Position numbers and translations under genes: made by a program. DNA of 64,000 bases from Nitrospinaceae bacterium (GTDB lineage Bacteria; Nitrospinota; Nitrospinia; Nitrospinales; Nitrospinaceae), in NCBI GenBank assembly GCA_965237905.1, contig OZ250172.1:1056001-1120000 (forward strand). Reading direction: 5' to 3'. Under the pieces are notes generated by a model, which saw only the letters and a list, made by a program, of their open reading frames with translations, was not told the DNA's origin and made no database searches. The stretch's first letter is position 1; each line of letters starts with the position of its first letter. Below, piece by piece: positions 46,099-56,902 of this stretch.

Positions 46099-47969
46099 CA
46101 ATGCGCACTCCCCATTTCCGATCCATAATCGGACCTTTCTTCAAATTCTGGATTCCTTTAACGGCCCTGTTGATCGTTTTCAGCCAGGACGCACCGGCCG
46201 ACAACAGCGCGTCCGGCGTCGAGCGCATGGTCCGCCAGATTGAGACCCTGTTCCCGGTTCTGGAGGGGTACGTGCTTTCGGTGGAAGGCGACCGGGTAGC
46301 CATCGATCTCAAACGCGGCCAATCCGTTACAGCGGGCCAGACGCTCAAGTTGATCCGCTACGGAAAACCCATCACCCACCCCGTCACTAAAAAAATTGTG
46401 GGCCATGAGGAAACCGATCTGGGCCAGATCAAGGTACAAGAAGTGCGTAAGGATTACTCTCTCGCCCAAATCATCACCTCCGGCGTGCAGGCGCACAAAG
46501 GCGACGGCGTGCGCAGTCTCTTTAAGAAAGTAAACATTCTTGTGGCTCCCGTTCAGGCCGATCCCGGGGTACCGGGGAACCCGCAGGCGCTGGGCCTGGA
46601 AATCGAAACACAACTCAACAGTCACATCCGTTTCGAAGTGCCTGCGTTTGATCTGGGCATCTGGCTATTGGAAAACGAAGTTCCCCTGTCCTCCCTGACC
46701 CGGCTGGAAAACCTCCAACGCCTCCGCCAGAAAGTGACGGCAGACTCTATCCTGCTCACCCGGGTCCATTCCATCAAAGGTAAAACCGTTTTGAACTATC
46801 GTTTGGTGTCCTCGAGTGATGGCGGCGTATTGAAGGAAGCGCGCGTGTTGATCCCCTCTCTGCCGGTCGCCCAGGTGCCTTCGGCTTCAGGACAGAGCGT
46901 GCAGACCGATTTGCGGAGGGGAACAGGGCTGTTTGGTTTTGTCGGCAAACAGGATTTTGATTTTGAGCTGGTCGATTTTGCGGTGGGCGATCTGACGGGC
47001 AAGGGACACCAGGACTATGTCATCATCGACGACCATCGCATCATGATCTATCGATATCGAAACAACCGATTCAAAAAGGTCGGGCAGGTTAAATTGCAAG
47101 TAGGCGTTCATCGGTTTCTTTCCGTGGACGTGGCGGATATCAACGGCAACGGCCGGGACGAGATATTCGTGACCAATTCGCTGGGGGACAGTCTCAGCTC
47201 GTTTGTTCTGGAGGTGGTTCCGGGGAAAAAAGGACTGACCCGCACCTGGGAAAATGTGAACCGCTATTTCCGTGTCCTCCGTGATTTTGACGGCCCGCCC
47301 CTGCTGGTTTCCCAACGCCCCGGATTTGAGAAACCCTTTCAACCCGGAATCCAGAAAATGCACCCTGTAAGTGGTGGATATTCAGAGGAATCCGAGCTGG
47401 CCCTGCAGATGGGGGACTACCGGGGAATGATCCTGTATGGACTTGCTTTTGGGCAGGTCACACCTGCTAAAGGCAAGGAAACAATATTCCTTGACAGTGA
47501 TTATCATTTAAGAGTATATTCTCCCGGCGGTCGCCTTCTCGTAAGCTCGGACGAGTATTTCGGCCATGATCCTCGTATTATCGAAGTGGGGCTCAAAGAA
47601 CAGGTTGCCGGGACGTTCATTGACTATCCGGAGGCCCCCCAGCCGGTACACTTTAAAGGCAGGCTTCAGCTCATTCAGCACAACGCTCAAAAATATCTTT
47701 TAGTACCCAAGAATCACCGGACAGGAAACTTTCTTTCGCAACTGGTTATTGTCAAAAACAGCAGTCTGGCAGTCTTGGGCATCAACCGTGAAGGACTGAA
47801 AAAGATCTACGAAACCAAGAAACAAAGGGGATACCTCACGGCCTTTCAAGTGGTGGACACTGCAGACAAGAGGCAAAAACAGGTGCATGTGGCTCATGTC
47901 GCCGACCACGGGGGGTTTTTGGGCAGTAAAAAAATCAGCACGATCTACACCTACGCATGGGGTCAGTGA
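46095..47969 (+). CDS. Exported FG-GAP/VCBS-repeat protein with a FlgT-C-like N-terminal domain
   Basis: VGDLTG and VADINGNGRDEIFVT; ITHPVT motif. Confidence 0.72.
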   Translation: MTMRTPHFRSIIGPFFKFWIPLTALLIVFSQDAPADNSASGVERMVRQIETLFPVLEGYVLSVEGDRVAIDLKRGQSVTAGQTLKLIRYGKPITHPVTKKIVGHEETDLGQIKVQEVRKDYSLAQIITSGVQAHKGDGVRSLFKKVNILVAPVQADPGVPGNPQALGLEIETQLNSHIRFEVPAFDLGIWLLENEVPLSSLTRLENLQRLRQKVTADSILLTRVHSIKGKTVLNYRLVSSSDGGVLKEARVLIPSLPVAQVPSASGQSVQTDLRRGTGLFGFVGKQDFDFELVDFAVGDLTGKGHQDYVIIDDHRIMIYRYRNNRFKKVGQVKLQVGVHRFLSVDVADINGNGRDEIFVTNSLGDSLSSFVLEVVPGKKGLTRTWENVNRYFRVLRDFDGPPLLVSQRPGFEKPFQPGIQKMHPVSGGYSEESELALQMGDYRGMILYGLAFGQVTPAKGKETIFLDSDYHLRVYSPGGRLLVSSDEYFGHDPRIIEVGLKEQVAGTFIDYPEAPQPVHFKGRLQLIQHNAQKYLLVPKNHRTGNFLSQLVIVKNSSLAVLGINREGLKKIYETKKQRGYLTAFQVVDTADKRQKQVHVAHVADHGGFLGSKKISTIYTYAWGQ

Positions 47970-48161
47970 GAAGCTGTTCCTACACTATCTTGTGGTTGGT
48001 GAGGGAAAATCAAATAGTCCAACCCGAATTACTGTTTGAGTAATGCGTTTTTTGATAGGTTTTTTTGTAAAGTACTGTAATATTGATAGTTAGCCTGCAC
48101 GATATAAGGATTTAAGAAGTTTTTGATGTCTAATCTGGTTGATTACTTGGAGGAGGTAAGT

Positions 48162-49607
48162 ATGAGACGAAAATTTTTTACGGCCTTTGCTGGTGTGATT
48201 TCCTTTCTGACGATAGGAGCCATGACAGCGGATGCGGCAGAAATCACGTTTGGCGGACGCATTCGTCCGCGGTATGAGTATTGGAATTTTCAGAACGGTG
48301 CGGTAAATCAGGATGTCCAGTACATCGACGTGCTGACACGTCTGGAAGCCAAAGCCAAAATCAGCGACAACGCCAGCGCGTTCATTCAACTCCAGGCGAA
48401 CAGCCGTTGGGGTAGTGTGCCTAACACCGGCGGGGTTGGTGCGAACAACTTTGGGAGCCGGGCCAGTAATCCGCTGAGTGGTAACGACACCACGACGGAC
48501 GTCGGTATCCATCAGGCGTATTTTACTTTGAACAAGCTTTTTGGCGCGCCGGTAGACCTGAAATTGGGTCGCCAGGAAATCATCCTGGACGGGCATCGCC
48601 TGTTCGGTAACACGGTGTGGACTCAGGGTATGATGTCGCACGATGCGTTTATCCTGAACCACAGCCACGACAAGATGACCCTGAAGTTTATTTACAGTGC
48701 CAACGTTGAGCAATCCATAAGAGGCGGTGCCGGCGGTGCGTTCCCGGGTGCCTCCTCTGATGACGTGGATGACACAGAGACGTATGCTATCTGGGCCAAC
48801 TTTAAAGGTCTTGTAGGAGAAAACTCCTCCACTTCGGCTTATTTGGTATTAGTGGATGAAGATTGTAATTCGACTGCATGTCCGAATGCTGGTCTTGCCC
48901 CTGCTGGTACAAGCAATAGCGCCGATTTCTACACGGTCGGTGTTCGTCAGGCCGGTGGTTTCGGAGACATCAGCTATCGCGGTGAATTCTACTACCAGAT
49001 CGGCAAATCAGGTTTCAACGCAGTCCCAGTGAGCGGTGAAGTTGGTGATTTTAATGCTTTCATGTTCGGTCTGCGTGCCGGCTATAAGGCGAAAAACGTC
49101 GCCATGAAGCCCAGCGTCACACTGTGGTTCGACTACCTGAGTGGTACCGATGCTGCTGACATAGCCGTGGGTGACGTTAGCACCTTTAATACCTTGTTCG
49201 ACACCGGCCATAAATACTACGGTTTGCAGGACTTTTTCATTCATGGCAGTCTCGGCGGCCTGGGGACTCATCCCCGTGGTGGTTTGATCGATTATGCCAT
49301 CAAAATGTCCATTCAGCCGATGGCTAAAACCACTCTGAAAGCGGACTTCCATCTGTTCACGGTGGCGGAAGACGATGTCTGTGGTAACTGTACCGTGGGT
49401 GGCAGCAATCCCTCCACTCTGGGTAAGGAAGTCGACATCACTTTGGTGCACAAGTACAGTGCCAACACCACGATGAGTCTGGGTTATTCGCACATGTTCG
49501 CCAATGAGCTGTTGTCCAACTATAATGGTCAGTCACCCGGAGGAGTTCGCATTTCGAACTTCGAAGATTCGGACTGGCTGTATGTTATGCTCGACGTGAA
49601 GTTCTAA
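48162..49607 (+). CDS. Alginate-export family outer-membrane porin
   Basis: GGAGG RBS, IHQAYF, KLGRQE..RLFG, H.YYG.QD, LGKEVD and terminal F. Confidence 0.88.
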   Translation: MRRKFFTAFAGVISFLTIGAMTADAAEITFGGRIRPRYEYWNFQNGAVNQDVQYIDVLTRLEAKAKISDNASAFIQLQANSRWGSVPNTGGVGANNFGSRASNPLSGNDTTTDVGIHQAYFTLNKLFGAPVDLKLGRQEIILDGHRLFGNTVWTQGMMSHDAFILNHSHDKMTLKFIYSANVEQSIRGGAGGAFPGASSDDVDDTETYAIWANFKGLVGENSSTSAYLVLVDEDCNSTACPNAGLAPAGTSNSADFYTVGVRQAGGFGDISYRGEFYYQIGKSGFNAVPVSGEVGDFNAFMFGLRAGYKAKNVAMKPSVTLWFDYLSGTDAADIAVGDVSTFNTLFDTGHKYYGLQDFFIHGSLGGLGTHPRGGLIDYAIKMSIQPMAKTTLKADFHLFTVAEDDVCGNCTVGGSNPSTLGKEVDITLVHKYSANTTMSLGYSHMFANELLSNYNGQSPGGVRISNFEDSDWLYVMLDVKF

Positions 49608-49632
49608 TCACGTTTCATTGGTTTGTATTTCC

Positions 49633-49665
49633 ATCCCCGGGCGAAACTGCCCGGGGATTTTTTTT
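49633..49665 (+). terminator. Rho-independent terminator
   Basis: ATCCCCGGGC-GAAACT-GCCCGGGGAT followed by a T run. Confidence 0.85.
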
Positions 49666-49751
49666 GCCTATTGCCCTCTTTTCCCACCCCCTTTCCTTCC
49701 GAAATTTCGATATAATGGCGGCATATAACCCAATCACTCTGGAGGTGGTTT

Positions 49752-50270
49752 ATGCGCATCCATAGAAAATATACAAGTCTGGTAACATTTCTGACCGGGT
49801 GCCTTCTACTGTGTTTTCTATACAGCCCCGCTTGGGCGGAGCCCGGCTCGAAGGCCGAACTGATGCTCCAAAAAAGGGACCCGTACCTTTACGGCTCCTG
49901 CGGGTGGTGCACCGACCTGTTCAGCCTGAAGGAAAATGATAACCGAAAGAATATAACGGTCAGCAATCTGGACACGCAAACCGGGTATTACCAGGTCGAT
50001 GTATCGGGGCCTGCCGGAACCACGGTGACGCTTTTCGGATCGAAAAACTATGGCCTGAAAAACGGGTATTTGATCCTGGTCAAAAAAGATGACCGCCCCA
50101 TTGCCGTGGAAGATATGGATGATCTGCCGCCGCGCCAGTGGGTGGATGTGGGGACTCCGGAAACCGGTATCTTTTCAGTGTGGTATCATCCTGCTTCCTA
50201 TTTCAAGGAACGCATCGCTTCGGTGCAATGGGGGCAATGGTGGACCGAACTGCCGCCCGCAAGTCAATAA
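49752..50270 (+). CDS. Secreted hypothetical protein with CGWC and crystallin-like motifs
   Basis: GGAGG RBS, signal peptide, GPAGTTVTLF..NYG and RIASVQW. Confidence 0.72.
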   Translation: MRIHRKYTSLVTFLTGCLLLCFLYSPAWAEPGSKAELMLQKRDPYLYGSCGWCTDLFSLKENDNRKNITVSNLDTQTGYYQVDVSGPAGTTVTLFGSKNYGLKNGYLILVKKDDRPIAVEDMDDLPPRQWVDVGTPETGIFSVWYHPASYFKERIASVQWGQWWTELPPASQ

Positions 50271-50440
50271 GGACCTGATGAAGCTGATGACGACCCTTCC
50301 CCGTTCCCCGTTCCCCGTTCCCTGGCCCTGGGCCTGATACTCACCCTCGCGTCGCCATCCCCTGCGCCTGCGGAGGCCGCTTTCATTTGGAAATTTCGAT
50401 ATAATGGCTGGATACAATGATTACAGCCTGAAGGTGGTTT

Positions 50441-50955
50441 ATGCGAATCCAAAGGAAATATAAAAATCTGGGAATATTTCTGACCGGGTGCCTGCTTCTG
50501 TGCTTTCTAATCGGCCCCGCCTGGGCGGAACCCGACCCGAAGGCCGAACTGTTGCTCCAAAAAAGGGACCCGTACCACGCCGCCTGCGGGTGGTGCGCCG
50601 ATCTATTCAGCCTGAAGGAAAACGACAACCGGAAGGATTTCAGGGAATACAACGCAAACGCGCAAACCGGGTATTATGAGATCGATGTATTGGGGCCTGC
50701 CGGAACCACGGTGACGCTCTACGGGTCTCAAAACCATGGCCTGAAACACGGTACCTGATCCTGGTCAAAAAAGATGCCCGTCCCGTTGAGGTAGGAGACC
50801 TGCACAATCTGCCGCCGCGCCAGTGGGTGGATGTGGGTACTGCGCAAACCGGTGTCTATTCAGTGTGGTATCATCCGGCCTCTTATTTCAAGGAACGCAT
50901 TGCCTCGGTGCGCTGGGGGCAATGGTGGACCGAACTGCCGCCCGCAAATAAATGA
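50441..50955 (+). pseudogene. Frameshifted paralog of 49752-50270
   Basis: 1-nt deletion at about 50750 (GG versus GGG); homology continues to CCC GCA AAT AAA TGA. Confidence 0.82.
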
Positions 50956-50969
50956 GGAATAAGCATTTG

Positions 50970-52056
50970 ATGAACCGGATGACGACCCTTCCCCGCTCCC
51001 TGGCCCTGGGCCTGATGCTCACCCTCGCGTTGCCGGCCACTGCGCCTGATGCTCACCCTCGCGTTGCCGGCCACTGCGCCTGCGGAGCCGTTCCAGCTCA
51101 ACGGAAAACCCATTCCCGACAAAGTCGCTGTGGTCAATGGGGTCGCACTGGATTCGCAATTGCTGATCAGCGAGATCAAGGTCTATCGCCTGATGAACCG
51201 GCAGAAAAACAAGACACTCTCCGAAAAAGAGCTGGCCGAGTTTTCCCATCAGGCGCTGGCCCGCCTGGTGGATCAGGAATTGATTTATCAGGAAGCGCGG
51301 AAGAAAAATATTCGGGTCGATCCCAAACTGCTGGAGCAGAAGGTCCAGCAAGTCCGCGAGCAGTTTCCTTCCCAGCAAATGCTCCACACCGCGCTGGATA
51401 TGCAGGGGCTGACGATGGACCTGCTCAAAACCAAGTTCGAAAAACAAATGGCGGAGGAGGCACTCATCCGCCAAGAGGTGGTCCCGAATGTGAAGGTGGA
51501 CGATCCGGAAGTGGACGCCTTCTACCAGGAACATCTGGACAAGTTCCAAACCCCGGAGCAATACGAGATCCACCACATCTTCACCTCCGCCCTGCAACCG
51601 GATGCGCACGGTAAAACCATCCGCGACGAAGCCCTGCGTAAAAAGGCGGAGCGTTTAAATGCTCTGGTGGATCAGGACGCGGCCGAGAAGATCCGGGATC
51701 TGCATCGGCAACTGCAGGAGGGAGCGGATTTCGCGGAACTGGCCAAAGAACATTCCGAAGACAGCGGTAGCGGCTCCAAGGGCGGAAGTTGGGGCGCAGT
51801 GGCATTGAGCGAACTTCCCGAGGTCCTGGCGAATGAATTAAAGAAGCTGAAACAAAATGAAATCAGTGAGCCGATCCGTTCCCCTTACGGATACCATGTC
51901 CTGAAATGGACGAAAATCATTCCTGCGGGGCATGTGAAATTATCCGAGATTAAAACGGATATCATGAACTCCCTGTTGCGGGAGAAAACCCTGGGCGAAC
52001 ATCAGAAGATGGTCTCCAAAATGAGGGAGCAGGCGGATATCCAGCTTTTTTATTGA
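50970..52056 (+). CDS. SurA/PrsA-type PPIase chaperone; signal peptide frameshifted by a 34-bp duplication
   Basis: VAVVNG, FAELAKEHSED..GG and SPYGYHVLK motifs; the main ORF is 51049-52056. Confidence 0.8.
51011..51078 (+). repeat. Perfect 2 x 34-bp tandem duplication
   Basis: CCTGATGCTCACCCTCGCGTTGCCGGCCACTGCG repeated twice. Confidence 0.92.
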
Positions 52057-52198
52057 AAACTACGCACCAGAGTTGCTTATACTGGTATTGCCGGTGGCAT
52101 GAGCCGGACGGAACGATCTCCGATGGGGTGGTCTCCACTCACTCCCACCCGTGCCGCTGGGTTGCATGAACAATTCCTCTCACTGATCGTAAGGACCT

Positions 52199-53026
52199 AT
52201 GGAATTTCTGGAGCTTCTACTGGGAACGATTTGGTTGCGTCCCTATGTGTTTATTTTTCTCTTCAGTTATCTGGCCATCGCCATCCTTGATATAGGCGTC
52301 AAGCGGTCGCTCCTTTTTACCGTATTGGCTTTCGGCATCGCGTTTGCGGCGGAATATTCCTCGACCCGGAACGGGTTTCCCTTCGGATTTTACAGCTATA
52401 TCGAGACGACCCGTGATCAGGAGTTGTGGTTTTCAAATGTCCCCTTCCTGGACCCGATTTCTTTCAGCTTTCTATCTTACGTCAGCTATACCTTGAGCCT
52501 GTTCCTGTGGTGTCCGTTGAAAAAACGCGGATGGGATATCCGGCTCGCGGAGACGAGCGCCATCAAATATTCCTGGCGGGTCATCCTGACGGGAGCGGTG
52601 TTGATGATGATGTTGGATGTGGTGATCGATCCTGTTTCGTTTTTGGGCGACCGCTGGTTTCTGGGGCAAATTTATACCTACAAAGAACAGGGAGAATATT
52701 TTAATATTCCACTCACTAATTTTTTCGGCTGGTTTGTCGTTGGGGTCACCATTCTTTTTTGCTTTACGCGAATCGACGCCTGGCTGGCGCGCCGGGGGTT
52801 CCGGGATATGGGAATGCGGCAGGTACCGGGGCAGGCCCTTCTGGGACCGGCGGTGTACTTCGGCGTTTTGGTATTTACTCTGGGAGTGACATTTTATATC
52901 GGAGAGTTTTTCATGGGGTTCTGCGGGTTAGGCGTGACGCTTTTTCTGTTGTCCCTGCCTCTGGTCAAAGTCTTTCAAAAAGAGAGGGTTTCGAAACCGT
53001 CGGATTCAGCGGTAATTAGTAAATGA
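52199..53026 (+). CDS. CruF-like (DUF422) carotenoid-biosynthesis-family membrane protein
   Basis: E...[16 protein letters not shown] and IPLTNFFGW motifs. Confidence 0.8.
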   Translation: MEFLELLLGTIWLRPYVFIFLFSYLAIAILDIGVKRSLLFTVLAFGIAFAAEYSSTRNGFPFGFYSYIETTRDQELWFSNVPFLDPISFSFLSYVSYTLSLFLWCPLKKRGWDIRLAETSAIKYSWRVILTGAVLMMMLDVVIDPVSFLGDRWFLGQIYTYKEQGEYFNIPLTNFFGWFVVGVTILFCFTRIDAWLARRGFRDMGMRQVPGQALLGPAVYFGVLVFTLGVTFYIGEFFMGFCGLGVTLFLLSLPLVKVFQKERVSKPSDSAVISK

Positions 53027-53503
53027 CATGGCGATTCCGAAATCTTTTTCTTTGAGCTCGGCCATCACCGCCTGCAAATCATCCCGGTTTTTGCCGGAAA
53101 CCCGCACCTGATCGTCCATCACCTGCCCCTGGACTTTGATCTTCATCCCTTTGATGGCTTTAGCAATCTCCTTCCCTTTCTCTTGGGGAATTCCCTGTTG
53201 CAGTTGGATTGCCTGGCGAACGGTGTTCCCGCCGGCGGGCTCCACGTTGCCGTAACTGAGGGCTTTGAGTGAAACCTGGCGCTTGATCAGTTTGCTCTCC
53301 AGAATATCGACGACCGATTTCATTTTATGCTCATCGTCGGAAATCAGGTTGAGTGCGGGCACTTTCTCATCGAGGGTGATTTCACTTTTACTGCCTTTAA
53401 AGTCAAACCGCTGACGAACCTCCATCGTGGCCTGGTTGATGGCATTTTTCACTTCCTGAAGATCCACATTTGAAACAATGTCAAAGGAACAATTTTTTGC
53501 CAT
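53006..53503 (-). CDS. yajQ: YajQ family nucleotide/c-di-GMP-binding protein
   Basis: SFDIVS, RFDFKG, VRVSGK.RDDLQ and FTNYR motifs. Confidence 0.95.
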   Translation of the reverse strand: MAKNCSFDIVSNVDLQEVKNAINQATMEVRQRFDFKGSKSEITLDEKVPALNLISDDEHKMKSVVDILESKLIKRQVSLKALSYGNVEPAGGNTVRQAIQLQQGIPQEKGKEIAKAIKGMKIKVQGQVMDDQVRVSGKNRDDLQAVMAELKEKDFGIAMSFTNYR

Positions 53504-53565
53504 CGGTACCGTGTCCTGTACAATGAATAAAAGAGAATAGGCCCTGCCTCAGGGCAAGGCAGAGG

Positions 53566-53796
53566 TTAATGCATCTTGGTGTTCATGTAAAACCCGTAGA
53601 CAAACATGATGATAACTCCAATAATGATGGAGTCGTCAATCAGAACCTCTTTCAAGGTCGGGGAACCGTCATGGAGTAACCAGGGCACCGCTATGAACAG
53701 AACGCCCACAAACCCGACCGCCAGCAATCCCAGGATGGAATATACCAGTAGCTTTTCATTGATTGGGGGTTCGGGGTTCTCGGGGTCATCCATCAT
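53566..53796 (-). CDS. Small two-TM hypothetical protein
   Basis: AGGAG RBS before MMDDPE; two hydrophobic segments. Confidence 0.65.
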   Translation of the reverse strand: MMDDPENPEPPINEKLLVYSILGLLAVGFVGVLFIAVPWLLHDGSPTLKEVLIDDSIIIGVIIMFVYGFYMNTKMH

Positions 53797-53849
53797 CCAC
53801 TCCTGATTCCATTCAAGCTCAAAAATAATCGATTCAACGGAGAAGTGCA

Positions 53850-54887
53850 ATGCCTAAATCGAACTACAGCGTTGGGGACCCCCAAGCCGAGCAAATGATT
53901 CAGAATCTGGTGGACTTCTGCGACAACCCCGTCGTGCCGGACCTTTTGAGGGAAATCCTGACCACCGTGGTGAAAATGGGCATGGAGCACCAGGACCGTG
54001 GAGATTTTAAATTGACGAATAACACGCTCAAGGAACTGCGTCATGCTTACCGGGTGTTTTCGCCTTACCGCGAAAAGCGCAAAGTGGTGGTCTTCGGTTC
54101 CGCGCGCACTCCGGAATCCAACCCCTGTTATCAGATGGCCCAGGAAACGGCACAGGCATTGGTCGAGAAAGGGCATATGATCATCACCGGTGCCGGCGGA
54201 GGCATTATGGAAGCGGCCAACCGGGGTGCTGGCAGGGAAAATAGTTTCGGCATTAACATCAGACTCCCCAAGGAGCAGAGCGCAAATCTCCATATCGATG
54301 GCGATTCCAAACTGATGCAATTCAAATATTTTTTCACCCGCAAGCTGATGTTCATCAAGGAATCAGACGCCACCATTCTCTTCCCTGGAGGGTTCGGGAC
54401 TCTCGATGAAGGGCTCGAAAACCTAACTTTATTCCAAACCGGCAAATGCATGCCACGCCCGATTATTCTGGCGGAACCTAAAAATGGAACCTACTGGGAA
54501 AGCCTCGTTCACCAATTCGAGGAGGAACTCCTGTCCAAGGGATACATATCGTCCATTGATATGAATCTGTTCCACATCACTCACTCGGTAGAGGATGCGG
54601 TTCAGCATCTCGAGGATTACTACCGCTATTACCATTCCCTGCGCTATGTCAACGGGTTCACCGTTCTCCGTTTTACGAAGGCCCTGTCTCCGGCGGTGGT
54701 GGAATACCTGAACCATGAATTCCGGGATATTCTCAGAGAGGGAGATTTTCAGGCTTCGGAGGCGCTGGACACGGAAAAAGCCCAGAACGAGTTTTCCGAC
54801 CTGCCTCGCCTGGTTTTTCAATTCAACAAACAACATTTTGGACGTTTGAACGAAATGATCCTGTGGATCAACCGGAACCTGATCTAG
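53850..54887 (+). CDS. LOG family protein (long form)
   Basis: VFGSAR, TGAGGGIMEA, KYFFTRK and PGGFGTLDE motifs. Confidence 0.9.
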   Translation: MPKSNYSVGDPQAEQMIQNLVDFCDNPVVPDLLREILTTVVKMGMEHQDRGDFKLTNNTLKELRHAYRVFSPYREKRKVVVFGSARTPESNPCYQMAQETAQALVEKGHMIITGAGGGIMEAANRGAGRENSFGINIRLPKEQSANLHIDGDSKLMQFKYFFTRKLMFIKESDATILFPGGFGTLDEGLENLTLFQTGKCMPRPIILAEPKNGTYWESLVHQFEEELLSKGYISSIDMNLFHITHSVEDAVQHLEDYYRYYHSLRYVNGFTVLRFTKALSPAVVEYLNHEFRDILREGDFQASEALDTEKAQNEFSDLPRLVFQFNKQHFGRLNEMILWINRNLI

Positions 54888-55083
54888 CCCTTTCAAAAAA
54901 CCCGGTAAGGGGGTTAATTACAAAAATTCTCTTCGATTCGTTAAAATTTTATAATTCCCCTCGATTCATTTATCATTTTTTGCACATTCTCTCTTTATCT
55001 CCCCTATCCCCAATCACTTTCAAAAATTCGGAATTTCTTGATTTTAAGTGCTTTACAAGCGAATGTCAGCGGCTACTGCGTAT

Positions 55084-55099
55084 TGGCCAGCGTTTTGCA
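55084..55099 (+). promoter_or_regulatory. Sigma-54 (-24/-12) promoter
   Basis: TGGCCAGCGTTTTGCA (GG-N10-GC) with an AT-rich upstream region. Confidence 0.62.
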
Positions 55100-55159
55100 A
55101 TGTATCTGCTCATATCCACACTTTATTAAACCCAAAACATTCTCGGGGGAGATTGAACT

Positions 55160-55543
55160 ATGACAGCGATTCAATATATGAAAAAAGGACAGGTTGTTTT
55201 TAACGAAGGAAGCCGTAGTGACTATGCATTTATCATCGAGGACGGACAGGTGGAAGTATCCCGAAAACGCAAAGATGGCAATATTGAAGTTGTCGACATT
55301 TTAGGACGAAACGATATCTTTGGAGAAATGGGGATGATCGACGGCAGACCGCGCTCGGCCACGGTCACGGCCTTGGAAAACAGCAAATTTACCATGATCA
55401 CCCGCGATGATTTAAATGCAATGACCCGCAAGGATCCTAAAGCCTGGGTTCCGATTGTGAAAGCGATGTCAGCACGATTGCGGCGTTCCACAACCAAGGA
55501 AAAAAAATACCTGCGTAACGCGGGTCTGGTTCGTACTCGATAA
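55160..55543 (+). CDS. Stand-alone cyclic-nucleotide-binding domain protein
   Basis: G.VVF.EG, IFGEMG and PRSATV motifs; no HTH. Confidence 0.9.
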   Translation: MTAIQYMKKGQVVFNEGSRSDYAFIIEDGQVEVSRKRKDGNIEVVDILGRNDIFGEMGMIDGRPRSATVTALENSKFTMITRDDLNAMTRKDPKAWVPIVKAMSARLRRSTTKEKKYLRNAGLVRTR

Positions 55544-55637
55544 CCGGTCTTTCTTTTGACTTGGTTTACTTCGCCGTGCATCTGGGCTAGAATATTCGGC
55601 CAGATCAACTTCTTGGGGGTGTTCGTCTTACAAAAGA

Positions 55638-56830
55638 TTGACTCCCAAACCGAAAACCCTCCGGCCCGGCGAAACCTTGAGAATCCTGAGAACCATCGAT
55701 TCATTCCAGCCGAATAGTTTGGAGTCTGCCCAGCAAGCCTGGCAGATTTCCAATCGGCTGGAGCAAAAAGGAGTTCGATCCCCACTGCTCACCACGGTCT
55801 CCTCTTCGGACGACCGGTCATCAAAGAAGGAAACCCTGGGCCAGGTTCAGATCACCCGGGTTCCCGTTCAGTTTGCGCTGGGGCAGTACAAGGTCAGCTT
55901 CGGGATGATGACCTACCTGCGACGGTATCATGTCTTCCACAGCCACCTGTACCGTACGTTTCAAACGGACTGCTCTTTTTTTTTGCGTTGATTCGCCAGA
56001 AACCGTTTGTGCTGAGCACCCACGGATCCCTGCTGGATTACAAAAAATACCTTCAACCCTCCTCCAACTCTTTCCCCTACAAGCTATATGATGGTTTAAC
56101 TTTTAAAACCACCGCCAAGCGGGCCGATGCTGTCGTGGTGTCCTCTCAAATGGAATATGAAGAGGCGCTGGAGTTTGGTATCCATAAAAACAAACTGCAT
56201 ATCATTCCCGACGGCATCGAGAGTTCCGGTCCAGCAGTCGACCGTTCCTCCCGGCAGGGGGCGCCTTTAAATTTATTATTTGCCGGATCGATGACCCGAT
56301 TCCGGCGCGTGGAGTTATTGCTCAGGGCCGCCCGTAAGTTGACCCTGCCCTTCCGGGTCACCCTCGTCGCCACCAACAATATCGTTAAAACCGGCGGCTC
56401 AACAGAATATTTCACGGAACTGAAAAAACTCGCCAAAACATTGGGCATCGAAGACCGGGTGGACTTTCTGGGCAACCCCTCCCCGGAAGACATGAAAAAC
56501 TGCTATTCCAATGCCGACCTGTTCATCAATCCTTCAGCCTATGAAACCTCCGGGAAAATCCTACTGGAAGCCGGAGCCAGTGGACTGCCCATAATCTCCA
56601 CCCCCGTAGGCCTTGCCAACGAGATCGTCACATCGGGAGAAAACGGGTTCATCGTTCCCGCCGACCCGGACATGATTTGCGACCGGATCCTGCAACTCAA
56701 CAACCCGGACACACGGAAAAAATTCGGGCATCATATCCGCGGGAAAGTGCTGAACGCGTTCGGATGGAACACGGTCATGGACCGTTACATGGAGCTTTAC
56801 GGCTCGCTAAAGAAACCATATACTGGTTAA
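55638..56830 (+). pseudogene. GT4 glycosyltransferase split at a T9 tract
   Basis: ORF 55638-55991 (GT4 N-terminus) and ORF 55988-56830 (PSAYE..LLEA.ASGLP) fuse with one extra T. Confidence 0.8.
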
Positions 56831-56902
56831 AAGAATTCGTGAATCCCTGGGAACAGGATCCATTAAAATTCTTTCCCTCAATCAAATCCAAAACCGGACC
56901 TC

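Noticed and set aside
47981..47997. NrdR-box-like sequence (ACACTATCTTGTGG)
   Set aside because: Only one half-site matches, it is a single copy, and no nucleotide-reduction gene follows.
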